A stretch of DNA of 64,000 nucleotides from Octopus vulgaris (taxonomy: Eukaryota): positions 69,874,001-69,938,000 of the forward strand of contig OX597827.1 in the NCBI GenBank assembly GCA_951406725.2, in the 5' to 3' direction. Both the position numbers and the translations under genes were made by a program. How positions within the stretch are numbered: the first letter of the stretch is position 1; each line of letters begins with the position of its first letter. The notes below the pieces were generated by a model that saw nothing but the letters and a program-made list of their open reading frames with translations, did no database searches and had not been told where the DNA came from. Positions 42,979 to 55,220 of the stretch are shown piece by piece.

Positions 42979-44237
42979 TATGATATGTGTACATTAAGGC
43001 AGCGAGCTGGCAGTGCAACCGTTAACTGACATCTTAACGATTCTGCCAGTTCGCTGCCTTTCACCGCCCGCATAACATTAATAACAAAAAAATTTTCTTG
43101 TTTTGGCACAAGTACAGAAATTTTGAGCAAAGAGGAGGAAGTCGATATCGCTGACCTCAGTACTTGACCGCCATTTTATTTTATCAAACTTATGAAAGAC
43201 ATCATGCAAAGCTGACACTGGCGAAATTTGAGCTCAGAATATATATATAGAACCCTGAGCAAAAACCAAAAGGCAATTTAACCGATGCTTTATCAATTCT
43301 ACCAATCCATCCACCTATGTAACTTTCGTTTTTAATTTCTTTCTTTCTCATTGTTTCATTTCTCCTTCAACTCATTCGATCTTTTTTTTGTCTTCCGCTA
43401 AATTTGCTTTCATAAACCTTTTACTTTTCCTGTCTTCCGTCCATTTTTCTTTTTCTTTTTTTTCAATCCCGTCCCTTCTTTCAGCCCCATCCCTTTCTAC
43501 CTTTCAACTTTCTTTCTTTCTTTTCTTCTTTCTTTTCTTTCTTTCCTTCCTTCTTTTCTTCTTTCTTTTCTTTCTTTTCTTTTCTTTCTTTCTTTCCTTT
43601 TCTTTCTTTCTTTCTTTCTTTCTTTCTTTTTCTTTCTTTCTTTTCTTTCTTTTTCTTTCTTTCTTTCTTTCTTCTTTTTTTCTTTCATTTTACATTCTTT
43701 GCCTTCCTTCTTTCTTTCTTTCTTTCTTTCTTTTCTTTTCTTTCTTTCTTTCCTTCCTTTTCTTTTTCTTTTCTTTCTTTTTTCTTTTCTTCTTTTCTTT
43801 CTTTCTTCTTTCTTTTCTTTCTTTTTTCTTTCTTTCTTTTCTTCTTTCTTTTCTTTCATTTTTCTTTCGTTGCTTTCCTTTTTGTCTTTCTGTCTTCTGT
43901 CTTTCTTTCTTGCTGTCTCTCTTTCTCTCCTTCTTTCTTTCTTTCTTTCTTTCTTTCTATTAGTTCCCCATTTCTTAAAATAAGTCCTGCAATTGTCTTT
44001 CGCCCTTTCTTGGTCAGCTTTTCATTTGTTCGTTCTCGTTCACTCATTCGTTACCGCATCGCCACCTCCTCCTTCTCTCCTCCACCAATTCTCACTGTCT
44101 TTTGTTTCTTCACATCACACACGCACACACACACACGCATGAATACGCGTAATATAAACACGCACACACACACACATACATACACGTATATACATACATA
44201 CACACATTCATACATACAGATAGATAGATACTTGTAT

Positions 44238-44294
<57 letters not shown>

Positions 44295-44377
44295 TGTGTA
44301 CGTACATTCGTACATACTTATACATAAATATATACATACCTTACATATTGCACACACACACATATATATACATATAT

Positions 44378-44535
<158 letters not shown>

Positions 44536-44811
44536 GTATATGCCTTTTTAGCGATTTATCCCCTCCCTTCATGCCGTATCTTTTCAAGTTACTGTTCATT
44601 ATTTCTATTCTGAATGTTAAGCCATGTAGAAAGCCGAGAGGAAATTAAAAATATCGAGGTTCCACATGCGTGTATTGATCTAGGGCTTATATAGCCAAAG
44701 GTCTTAAAGAATGGAAGACCGAGAGAGAGACACAGAAGCAAAGACTAAGACTGAAAAAGAAGCGCATAACACACACACACGTGTGTGTATGTGTGTGCGT
44801 GTTTGTGCGTA

Positions 44812-44882
<71 letters not shown>

Positions 44883-44885
<3 letters not shown>

Positions 44886-45195
44886 AGGCGCAATGGCCTA
44901 GTGGTTAGGGCAGCGGACTCGCGGTCGCAGGATCGCGGTTTCGATTCCCAGACCGGGCGTTGTGAGTGTTTATTGAGCGAAAACACCTAAGAAAGCTCCA
45001 CGAGGCTCCGGCAGGGGGTGGTGGTGATCCCTGCTGTATTCTTTCGCCACAACTTTCTCTCACTCTTTCTTCTGTTGGCCTGCTCGCTTAGCCAGCGGGG
45101 TGGCGTCATTCGAAGGCTAAAACAATGCGAAGCTCATTGTGACCAGCGATGTGTAACAACATCTGATGGTCTGGTCGGTCACGTGATCACGTGAT
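44883..45195 (+). mobile_element. SINE, head H1 (tRNA-Arg-like) + tail T3
   Basis: A box tggcctagtgg, anticodon-like gactcgcggtc, B box gtttcgattcc, tail ending (cacgtgat)n. Confidence 0.85.
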
Positions 45196-45328
45196 ATATA
45201 TATATATACATGCATATATGTGAGTGTGTATGCATGTATGTAAGTATGTACGTACTTTAAGAGTAACATAAGAGGATTCAATACGGCAAGTAAAGTGATT
45301 TATTAGAAGCTGAAACTGCATAGTTCCT

Positions 45329-45366
45329 TAGTTACTCTGAGTTTTTCGTTGTCGATCTTCGGGCTA
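45329..45366 (-). ncRNA. Degenerate hammerhead motif related to the 13821-13852 motif
   Basis: Minus strand: TAGC-CCGAAGA-TCG ACAA CGA-AAAAC-TCAGA-GTA-ACTA. Same stem III (ACTCAGAGT); U4 and G12 are altered. Confidence 0.5.
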
Positions 45367-45900
45367 CAATCAGAGTGGAGTAGTTTTGTGCAGAGCCTAT
45401 CTCACCCAGTCTGTTGCACTCATTCGAGTCTGGTTTCTGCTCTCTCTCTCTCTCTTTCTCTCTCACTCTCTTTCCCACTTCCTCTCTCTCTCTCTCTCTC
45501 TTTCTCTCTTTCTCTCTCGCACGCGCTTTCCCACTCATCTCGGAGTTGCTGTAATGGGTGATGGACAGTCCCATCTTTTCTGAATAAAAGATAGGAAAGA
45601 AAAATCAGAGCTGCTTTGCCGTCTTTCTGTCATCTTAATGACCACCCCACTCCAAAGTTCGTCTGTTGCAAATCCCATTTAAATGAGTCGAGGCTGATCT
45701 TCCACCCAGGTTATTACCATTAAAATGCCCAGAATTATCATCCCGCAGCAAAACATGTTTAAGCGTATAAGTATTGATGTTGTTATTGTCGTATTCTTCT
45801 TCTTCTTCTTCTTCTTCTTCTTCTTCTTCTTCTTCTTCTTCTTCTTCTTCTTCTTCTTCTTCTTCTTCTTCTTCTTCTTCTTTTTCTTCTTCTTCTTCTT

Positions 45901-46383
45901 CCAATCTGGACTCACGCCATTAGCCACAAAGAATAATCTCTAATTCGAGCCTACTCTAAGCTACTAAGAATGCGTGTGGCAACTTGAAGATCCACCCACC
46001 ACACGCGATAGACTGGCGGTTGCACGGGCGCGAAAGCTACGTTGTTATCCTCATTCCGTAGACGGTGGCTTTTTTAACGGGTGGAGAGCTGAACCATCGT
46101 GGGGTACAGAGGATTCGCAATCTAGACTAGGGTCTAAAAGTTTACCACACCATAGTGGGTCACACCATGGTTCCTCTGCTTTGTGACAGAAGTAGGAAGA
46201 AAGAGTGAGAGAAAGTTGTGGTGAAAGAGTACAGCGGGGTTCACCACCACCACCCCACCAGAGCCTCGTGGAGCTTAGGTGTTTTTTTGCTCAATAAACA
46301 CTCACAATGCCCGGTCTGGGAATCGAAACCGTGTTCTTCGACCGCGAGTCCGTTGCTTTAACCACTGGGCCATTGCGCCTCCA
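45901..46383 (-). mobile_element. SINE, head H1 + a fourth tail (T4), ending at (GAA)n
   Basis: H1 head and body at 46190-46383; distinct tail of about 290 bp; (TTC)n at 45795-45900. Confidence 0.7.
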
Positions 46384-46719
46384 CTGCAGTTGTTGTTGTG
46401 ACTGTTACTGTTGTTGCTATTGTTAAAGGCGTCGCCAAAATCATTGGGATTAATTTGAATGTTCACCAACAAGACGGCGAGCTGGCAGAATCGTTAACAC
46501 GTCGGGCAGAATGCTTAGCGGCATTTCGTTGACCTTTACGTTCTGACTTCAAACTCTACCGAGGTCGATTTTACCTTTCATCCTTCTGGGCTTAATAAAA
46601 ATACCTACCAGTTGAACAGAGAAGTTAATGTCATCGACTTACCGCTCCCCCGAAATTGCTGGCCTTGTGCCAAAATTCCAAGTTTACATGAATGCTTATA
46701 GAAACATCATTACGTTATA

Positions 46720-47110
46720 CATTATTTACATTATTTACATTCGACGGATATTTGTTCTCATCTTGTTTGTTGTTAATACAACGTTTCGGCTGATATACCC
46801 TCCAGCCTTCTTCGTGTGTCTTGGGGAAATTTCGAACGTGGGTTAAGAGCGCGGGCTACTAACCCCAAGATTCCTAGTTCGATTCCAAGCAGTGACCTGA
46901 ACAATAACAATAATAATAATAATAATAATAATAACATCGAAAAATACCTTAGGAATGAAAACCCAGGTTCGAAATTTCCCCCAAGACACCTGATGAAGGC
47001 TGGAGGGTATATCAGCCGAAACGTTGTGTTAACAACAAACAAGATGAGGACAAATATCCGTCAATTGTAAATAATGTACATAATTCCTCATCTCTTAAAT
47101 ATAGAACTGT
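46720..47110 (+). mobile_element. tRNA-headed, hammerhead-bearing non-autonomous element with inverted 5' copy and 14-bp TSD
   Basis: TSD atcattacgttata at 46706-46719 and 47111-47124; inverted arms 46727-46844 and 46960-47078; tRNA-like segment about 46841-46895 with B box agttcgattcc. Confidence 0.85.
46985..47030 (+). ncRNA. Minimal type I hammerhead ribozyme, intact core
   Basis: GACAC-CTGATGA-A-GGCTG GAGGGTATAT CAGCC-GAAAC-GTT-GTGTT. Stem I GACAC/GUGUU, 5-bp stem II, palindromic AACGTT stem III; predicted cut after 47025. Confidence 0.75.
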
Positions 47111-47699
47111 ATCATTACGTTATATTTTCTTACGAAATGTATGTTCTGTAGTACAATAGTTATTTTCAAATATTTTCTTGTCTTATTTGTGTGTTTGGAG
47201 CAGTTGTCAAACATTTTCTTTCGTAACGTGGGAGTGTTGTCTCTAGATAAACCAAAAACTGCTTCTAAGAAAATATCTTCTCTTTAATTCTTTAATTTTT
47301 TTTTGCTCGAACGAGACGTAGAAATTAAAATAAAATTTCTTATAATTTTTTGCAACGATTTTATGCCACACAACACAGAAAAAAAACCCCACACGTATCG
47401 TAGTTTTGGAAAGAAATTCAACAAAATGTATGCAATTTAAACGTGGGTGCGATACGTAATTTAACTTGTTAGGATAAGAATTACAACAACAACAATAACA
47501 ACAATATTTTCTACTATAGACACAAAGCCTTAGATTTTGTGAGAGGCGGCCTAGTCAATTACACGACTCCAGTACTTAAATGGTATTTATTTCCTCCATC
47601 CCGAAAGGATGAAAGGTAAAACAAACTCTGAACTCGTAACATAAAGATGGACAAAATGCTGCTAAGCATTTTACGGCGTGGTAACGATTCCGTCAGCTC

Positions 47700-47705
47700 A
47701 TAATG

Positions 47706-47798
<93 letters not shown>

Positions 47799-47805
47799 GT
47801 GATGG

Positions 47806-47854
<49 letters not shown>

Positions 47855-48050
47855 GATGATGATGATGATGGTGATGGTGATGGTGATGATGGTGATGATG
47901 ATGATGATGATGGTGATGGTGATGATGATGATGATGCTGATGATGATGGTGATGGTGATGATGATGATGATGATGATGATGATGGTGATGGTGATGGTGA
48001 TGGTGATGGTGATGATGGTGATGGTGATGATGATGATGATGATGATAATG

Positions 48051-48106
<56 letters not shown>
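47700..48106. repeat. (AAT)n-(GAT/GGT)n-(AAT)n microsatellite
   Basis: Directly visible. Confidence 0.95.
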
Positions 48107-48107
<1 letters not shown>

Positions 48108-48646
48108 CATGCAGTGGCTCTCGTGGCTTCTGATCTTAACTGATTGGAAGTGTTATTATGTACGTGTTTTGTATTGGTGCAAAAGTTGGGCTGCAGCAAA
48201 TATTCTGCTCAATACCACAGATTTGCTTGTCATTTGTTTGACCTTAACCAGTTGAGCATGTCCCTTAGTGGCTGACCATATGTGCATCTCTGATCACGAG
48301 GAGAAATAGTGGGGGAGCGTCATAGCCATGTGTTGAGAGGAATTCTTTGGGGTTTGAATAATACACCTCTGGAAAATGGGTGTTTCGTTCAACATCCTTA
48401 TTCAAGGACCATTTGAGTGGAATAGGCTACTTGACCTGAAGTTGTAACTGGGCCCCACTTGCAAGGTCATGCGCTGTTTATCTTGATATAAGATCACCAT
48501 GTCGTGCACATATGCTTGTAATGTATGTGCCTGGTGTACCCTTATCAGACGGGTAGTCATGATGGGTGTACTGGGCTTCGTATATTTTACCCCAGTGTCA
48601 CTTTGTTGGCATGCACTGCTCTCTCTCTCACTCAATAATAATAATG

Positions 48647-49240
48647 ATTTCAAATTTTGGCACAAGGCCAGCAGGTTCGGGGGAGGGGTAAGTTGATTAG
48701 ACTGACCCTAGTATTCAACTGGTACTTATTTTATCGACACCGAAAAGTTGAAAGGCGAAGTGACTTCGGCGGAATTCGAACTCGGAACGCAAAAGCGGAC
48801 GGAATGCCGCTAAATATTTTTCCGGCGCGATAACGATCCTGTCAGCTCCCCGCCTTGGCGCAGGCCCATAAATTGTCGAGGATAGGAGGTTAATCGACAT
48901 CATCAACCCCAGTACCGACTGGCACTTTATTTTATCGACCCCGAAAGAATGAAAAGGAAAGTCGACTTCGGTGGAATTTGAACTCAGAACGTAATGGCAG
49001 ATGAAATACCTATTTCTTTACTACCCACAAGGGGCTACACACAGAGGATACAAACAAGGACAGACAAACGAATTAAGTCGATTATATCGACCCCAGTGCG
49101 TAACTGGTACTTAATTTATCGACCCTGAAAGAATGAAAAGGAGAGTCGACTTCGACAGGATTTGAACTCAGAACGTAAAATAAAAAGACGGAAGAAATAC
49201 CACAAGGCATTTTGCCCGATGCCCTATCGATTCTGCAGCA
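48647..49240 (-). mobile_element. SINE family A cluster
   Basis: Three minus-strand units containing atgaaaag/ggcgaag...gaactc. Confidence 0.8.
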
Positions 49241-49668
49241 TTTTGTTAGCATGTATTGCGTATTCATAAAAGAAAAATCAGTTTGCCAAATTCTTACGTA
49301 AAATCGTTACTTAATCTTCTTCGTAAGTACCATAACTTTCTCTCTAAGAAAATAGACATAGAAAAAGTAAAAGAAAGAAAAAATTGAAAGAAAATAAAAG
49401 TAAAAAAAACTAATTAAAAATTAAAATCAATACACGGCTAAAAATATTTCTTGCGCAGGTAACAGATAAATGTACAATTTTATAAATATTTCCGTCTACT
49501 GGGCTGCATTGCATCTCCTTCGCTGTCCGTTGCTATTTACGGTTGTTGCTGAAAGCAACACACTTCTTTGTCAGCCTGACTATGCTTATAACCGACCGAC
49601 CGACTAGCAGCGAAATAGTACAGTCTGACGTTGTAGTCGTTGATGCTGTTGTAGTTGTTGTTGTGTGT

Positions 49669-49875
49669 GAAGGCGCGTGGCTTAGTGGTTAGGGCATTCG
49701 GCTCATGATCGTAAGGTCGTGAGTTCAATTCCCGGCGACGCGTTGTGTCCTTGAGCAAGACACTTTATTTCATGTTGCTCCAGTCTACTCAGCTGGCAAA
49801 AATGAGTAGTACCTGTATTTCAAAAGGGCCAGCCTTGTCACAGTTTCTGTCACGCTGAACCCCACAACAACTACG
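49669..49875 (+). mobile_element. SINE, head H2 + start of tail T2
   Basis: tggcttagtggttagg A box, gagttcaattcc B box, gtgtccttgagcaagacact, then tacctgtatttcaaaagggccagcc. Confidence 0.85.
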
Positions 49876-50450
49876 TTCTGAGTTCAAATTCTGCCTAAGT
49901 CTTCTTCTTTATCTCTCATCCTTTCGACTGGATAAATTAAATACCAGTTGAGTACTGGAGTTGATGTAATCGACTTATCCCCGTCGACACAAAACTTTCA
50001 GACCTTGTGCCTGTTATGGAAAAGATTATTATTATTTCTTTATTGTCCACAAGGAGCTAATTACAGAGGGGACAAACAAGGACAGATAAATGGATTAAGT
50101 CAATTATATCGACCCCAGTGCGTAACTGGTATTTATTTAATCGACCCCGAAAGGATGAAAGGCAAAGTCGACCTCGGCGGAATTTGAATTCAAAACGTAA
50201 CGGCAGACGAAATACCTGTTTCTTTACTACCTACAAGGGGCTATACACAGAGGGGACAAACAAAGACAGACCAACGGATTAAGTCGATTACATCGACCTC
50301 AGTGCGTAACTGGTACTTAATTTATCGACCCCGAAAGGATGAAAAGCAAAGTCGACCTCGGCAGAATTTGAACTCAGAACGTATCGGCAAACGAAATACG
50401 CCTACGCATTTCGCCCGGCGTGCTAACGATTCTGCCAGCTCACCGCCTTG
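49872..50450. mobile_element. SINE family A copies, tail to tail
   Basis: Plus-strand copy to about 50030; minus-strand dimer 50034-50450. Confidence 0.85.
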
Positions 50451-51291
50451 GCAAAGATTATTATTGTTGCTGTTGTTCTCTGGTTGATACCGATTTCTTT
50501 TTATCACGGTCGGCAATAACTTCTCTAAATCCTATTTCACCGCAAGCATCAACAAAACAGAAAAGGTCGCCATAACGCAATAATATTTTGTTTGAGTCAA
50601 GATTCGAGAATTTAAGACTTAACTCATAAAATAAAACTATAAAAACAAAAAGAAAAAAAAACACGAAACAAACGAAAATAATAAAAATATAAAAAAAAGA
50701 CGGCGCAGTAATTTTATTATAAAATATTTGACAAGTTCACTTTTATTTCCGTTATTCAGGTTTATTTACTTGGAATGTTTTGTTCTTAAAGAGGACTCGA
50801 AGAACAATGGTGAAGTTAAGAAGGTGACCAGTTTCTGAATAAAATTTTACAAAAGAAGACTTACTGTTCGGAAGTCACTAATAAAATAATTTTTATATTT
50901 TAGAATTGATAAGATTTATATAAGGACCATGATATTTTATAATCGTAGCAGATTAATACAGAAGGAGAAGCTTTTCTTTTAGCCTCTACTCATGTTTAAA
51001 ACAAATTTGTAATAAAAATATATTTTTATAGTGACTATGCTGAACCAATAGATGGCGCTGTTTTTTTTTTTTTTTTTTTTTTGAGTAATATTTATATAAT
51101 AAAATATTTTTCATTCGTTAAATCACCATATCATTCTTTTATGTGTTTTTGTGGCTTTCAGCACGGATGGAGTGAACGCCATATCTTGTCGAATAGGTAG
51201 GATGGGACACCGGACTGTCGATCGAAAGACCGACGGTTCTAATTGCGTCCACCAGTAGCTGTGCACTTTGCATCTATCTATGACCAAAGTG

Positions 51292-51672
51292 TGGAGGCTC
51301 AATGGCCCAGTGGTTAGAGCAGCGGACTCGCGGTCGTAGGATCGCGGTTTCGATTCCCAGACCGGGCGTTTTCAGTGTTTATTGAGCGAAAACAACTACA
51401 AAGTTCCACGAGGCTCCGGCAGGGGGGTTTTGGCGAACCTTGCTGTACTCTTTCACCACAAATTCATCTCACTCTTCCTGTTTCTGTTGTACCTGTATTT
51501 CAAAGGTGTCCAGCCTTGTCACACTCTGTATCATGCTGAATCTCCCCGAGAACTACGTTAAGGGTACACGTGTCGTTGGAGTGCTCAGCCACTGGCACGT
51601 TAATTTCACGAACAAGCTGTTCCGTTGATCGGATCAACTGGAACCCTCGTCGTCGCAACCGATGGAGTACCA
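51292..51672 (+). mobile_element. SINE, head H1 + tail T2
   Basis: Full head, body and tail ending ggaaccctcgtcgtcgcaaccgatggagtacca. Confidence 0.88.
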
Positions 51673-52581
51673 CGACGACGACGATGATGATGACCCAAGT
51701 AATTAGCTCTCGAACGATCCAGTCCATCCAACCTTCAACTGGTACTCCGTCCGTTACCCTGTGAGTGAATTTAGTAGACGGAAACTGAAAGAAGTCCGTC
51801 GTATATGTATATATGTATATATATTTATGTGTGTGTATGCCTTTGTGTCTCTGTTTATTACCCCACACTCGCATGACAACCGATGTTGGTATGTTTACGT
51901 CCCCATAGACCGATAGAATAAGCACTAGGTTTACAAAGAATAAGTCCCGGGGTCGATTTCTTAAACTAAAACTCTTTACGGCGGTGCTCCAGCATGGCCA
52001 CAGTCAAATGACTGAAGCAGATAAAAGAATAAAAGGATAAGCAAAAACAAACAAATCTAATAAAACAAACATGCACCCTAGTTCGACGGTACCCTGCGCA
52101 AAGGCTTTACATTTACCATGGAAAATATCTACCAAAGTATCGACAATATCCCCTCTTTTAGCCATTAGAACCCGCGAGTAGGCTTTAACGGGTGCGATTT
52201 CGTTCATCAATACATCTGAAGATGCAAAAGCGGGTGGCCCCATGGATTTGTGTTTACGGTTAAAGCTAACGATCTTTCTGCCCATTAGAAAGCCGTAAAG
52301 ATAAAAGCCTTTGCGTCTTCCAGGGAGATATTCAAACGAATTCGCGTTCGCTAAATAGCGTAATTGTAATTCATTCATTTATCAATCCATTCGTCCGTCC
52401 GTCCCTCCGTGCATCCAGTCATAGCTTCAAAAAAGACTGATTAATAATGTTAGTAGAAAACTCTTTAAACTTGTATGAAACAGTAAAATGATGTGGGTTC
52501 AAAGATAAGATCACGTAAAGATACCACTTAACAGCCACCTTGCAGTAGCAGTCAGAAGAACTGCAATATAATCTGGTTCTC

Positions 52582-53175
52582 AAGGCGGTGAGCTGGCAGA
52601 AACGTTAGCACGCCAGGCGAAATGTGCAGCGGTATTTCGTCTGCCGTTAGGTTCTGAGTTCAAATCCCGCCGAGGTCGACTTTGCCTTTCATCCTTTCGG
52701 GGTCGATTAAATAAGTACCAGTTACGCACTGGGGTTGATATAATCGACTTAATCCGTTTGTCTGTCCTTATTTGTCCCTTCTGTGTTTAGCCCCTTGTGG
52801 GTAGTAAAGAAATAGAAATAGGTATTTCGTCTGCCGTTAGGTTCTGAGTTCAAATCCCGCCGAGGTCGACTTTACCTTTCATCCTTTCGGGGTCGATAAA
52901 TTAAGTACCAGTTACGCACTAGGGTCGATATAATCGACTTAATCCGATTGTCTGTTCTTGCTTGTCCCTTCTGTGTTTAACCCCTTGTGGGTAGTAAAGA
53001 AATAGGAATTTCGTCTGTCTTTACATTTTGAGTTCAAACTTCGCCGAGGTCGACTTTGCGTTTCATCGTTTCAGGGTCGATAAATTAAGTACCATTTGCG
53101 TAGTGGGGTCGATCTAATCGACTGGCTCCTTCCCCCAAAAAATTTCGGGCTTTGTGCCTAAAGTAAAAAAGAATA
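52582..53175 (+). mobile_element. SINE family A, one head plus three body units
   Basis: Units start at 52631, 52821 and about 53005. Confidence 0.9.
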
Positions 53176-53345
53176 TAATTTGGTTCACACCAGATATTAA
53201 CTTTTCCTTAAACTTTAAGTTTAATATTGTTAAAGGCCTCGTCACCTTAATAGATAAACATTTCCCAATTAACCACCTCTACAGAAAACTATCCAATAGA
53301 AACAATCTTAAATTGAACAACAGCTGTACTTTTAATGTTATGTAA
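53170..53345 (+). mobile_element. Penelope-like element (Neptune-type) coding remnant
   Basis: NIIWFTPDINFSLNFKFNIVKGLVTLIDKHFPINHLYRKLSNRNNLKLNNSC matches, from memory, the PLE RT-to-GIY-YIG linker pattern IIWFNPPFS...LIDKHFP..H.L.KIFNRN..K.SYSC. Confidence 0.75.
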
Positions 53346-53455
53346 GCCCAATAATTTAACCAAGACAAACTGTACAGAATAGGGTGAGACGATTATATAT
53401 GAGACAGAAATCACTTCCACAAAACAAATCCTTAACATCTTGCGTAAACGTAACA

Positions 53456-53666
53456 TACGGTGGGAAGTCCCTGGCTTTGGCTAAAAGAGAATAGGGAAGG
53501 GTCAGTTAATTACGATTTTATACTACATATTCTCTTGTCGGGTTCACACACTTATTGCAGCAGTCCTTCGGTTTTTGTAAGCCCTGGAAAAGAACTTGGA
53601 AGACAGGGCCTCCAACTTGGCCGTTCGTGATACCATTAAAGCCGGAAACTCTTCAGCACCCCTCCT
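53456..53666. mobile_element. Mariner-derived MITE
   Basis: Right TIR aaagccggaaactcttcagcacccctcc|ta; decayed left TIR ...gaagtccctggcttt. Confidence 0.55.
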
Positions 53667-53682
53667 ATATATATATATATAG

Positions 53683-53726
<44 letters not shown>

Positions 53727-53855
53727 CGGAGTAAACACATAAATGTGAAACAAGGTGGAAAAAAGAGTACTTTATTTAAAGCAGCAGAAAATTCAACAAA
53801 ACCTGTTACTCTGAGTAACAGGTTTTGTTGAATTTTCTGCTGCTTTAAATAAAGT
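53727..53855. repeat. Fold-back copy of the 13718 repeat with an 87-bp perfect palindrome
   Basis: 43-bp arms at 53769-53811 and 53813-53855 with a single central T. Confidence 0.95.
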
Positions 53856-53872
53856 GTATATATACATACACA

Positions 53873-53999
53873 CGAGGGGCGTTGATAAGTTTTGATCCTT
53901 CAAGGCTTTTGATCCTTCAAGGCTTTTGAGCCTTTGAGCCTTGAAGTCTTGTTCCATGTTTTGTTTTTTAGAGGCTCGAGACTTTTCATACACCCCTCG
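53873..53999. mobile_element. Very short mariner-derived MITE
   Basis: TIRs cgaggggcgttgataagttttga / tcgagacttttcatacacccctcg|ta; internal 17-bp direct duplication. Confidence 0.65.
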
Positions 54000-54248
54000 T
54001 ATATATACACACACACACATATATATATATAATCTTTTATTTTTTTTACTTGTTTCAGTCATTTTGACTGCGGCCATGCTAGAGCACCGCTTTTAGTCGA
54101 GCAAATCGACCCCGGGACTTATTCTTTGTAAGCCTAGTACTTATTCTATCGGTCGCTTTTGCCGAACCGCTAAGTTACGGAGACGTAAACACACCAGCAT
54201 CGGTTGTCAAGTGATGTTAGGGGGACAAACACAGACACACAAACATAT

Positions 54249-54288
<40 letters not shown>

Positions 54289-54314
54289 CATGAGTACTTC
54301 TTCTGATCCCCCAA

Positions 54315-54372
<58 letters not shown>

Positions 54373-54498
54373 GTGTGGTGTGTGTGTGTGTGTGTGTGTG
54401 TGTGTGATTACTTAACACAGTCTTTGAAGTGTACAGGTGATTAAAAAAAAATTTTTTTAACCAAATGTTATAAAATCTTTTATGAGGATGTTACTAAC

Positions 54499-54529
<31 letters not shown>

Positions 54530-54899
54530 TGTATGTATGTATGTATGTATGTATGCATGCATGCATGTATGTATGTATGTTCAGGTAGAAAGATTGATAG
54601 ATATTGGTAGGTAGAAAGCGAGAGAGCAATTAGAGAAAAATCGGATGGCTGGGAGACGATATAGTTTTATGGCGATATATCAAGTCTATAAAAGAGTCTA
54701 AGAGCGGAAGCGGATATTACGACAAAGAGAGCTTCATAAAAAGAACAATGGCGATGACATGTTGAATAGCAGACGAAGGTGAAGGAATTATAGAAGTTTG
54801 AAGGAAATATTCGAGTGATGAAAAATGTGGAGGAGTTGGTGGGGGCAGAAGAAGTACCGATGAAAGGAGTGAAGGAGAAAACATGATGTAGGGATATGA

Positions 54900-54908
54900 A
54901 ATGATGAC

Positions 54909-54941
<33 letters not shown>

Positions 54942-54988
54942 GGTGGTGGTGGTGGTGGTGGTGGTGGTGGTGATGATGGTGATGATGG

Positions 54989-55029
<41 letters not shown>

Positions 55030-55152
55030 GTGGTGATTATGATGGTGATGATGATGGTGATGATGATGGTGATGATGATGATGATGATGGTGATTATGAT
55101 GGTGATTATGATGGTGATGATGATGATGAGGATGATGATGATGGTGATGGTA

Positions 55153-55220
<68 letters not shown>

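Noticed and set aside
44883-44955. tRNA-like sequences here and at 8133, 46841, 49669 and 51292
   Set aside because: A and B boxes are present but there is no proper acceptor stem, and each continues into a repeat body; these are SINE heads, not tRNA genes.
52097-52314. 12-bp inverted repeat (cgcaaaggcttt) around a GC-richer unique block
   Set aside because: No TSD or second copy in the window; too short to call a MITE.
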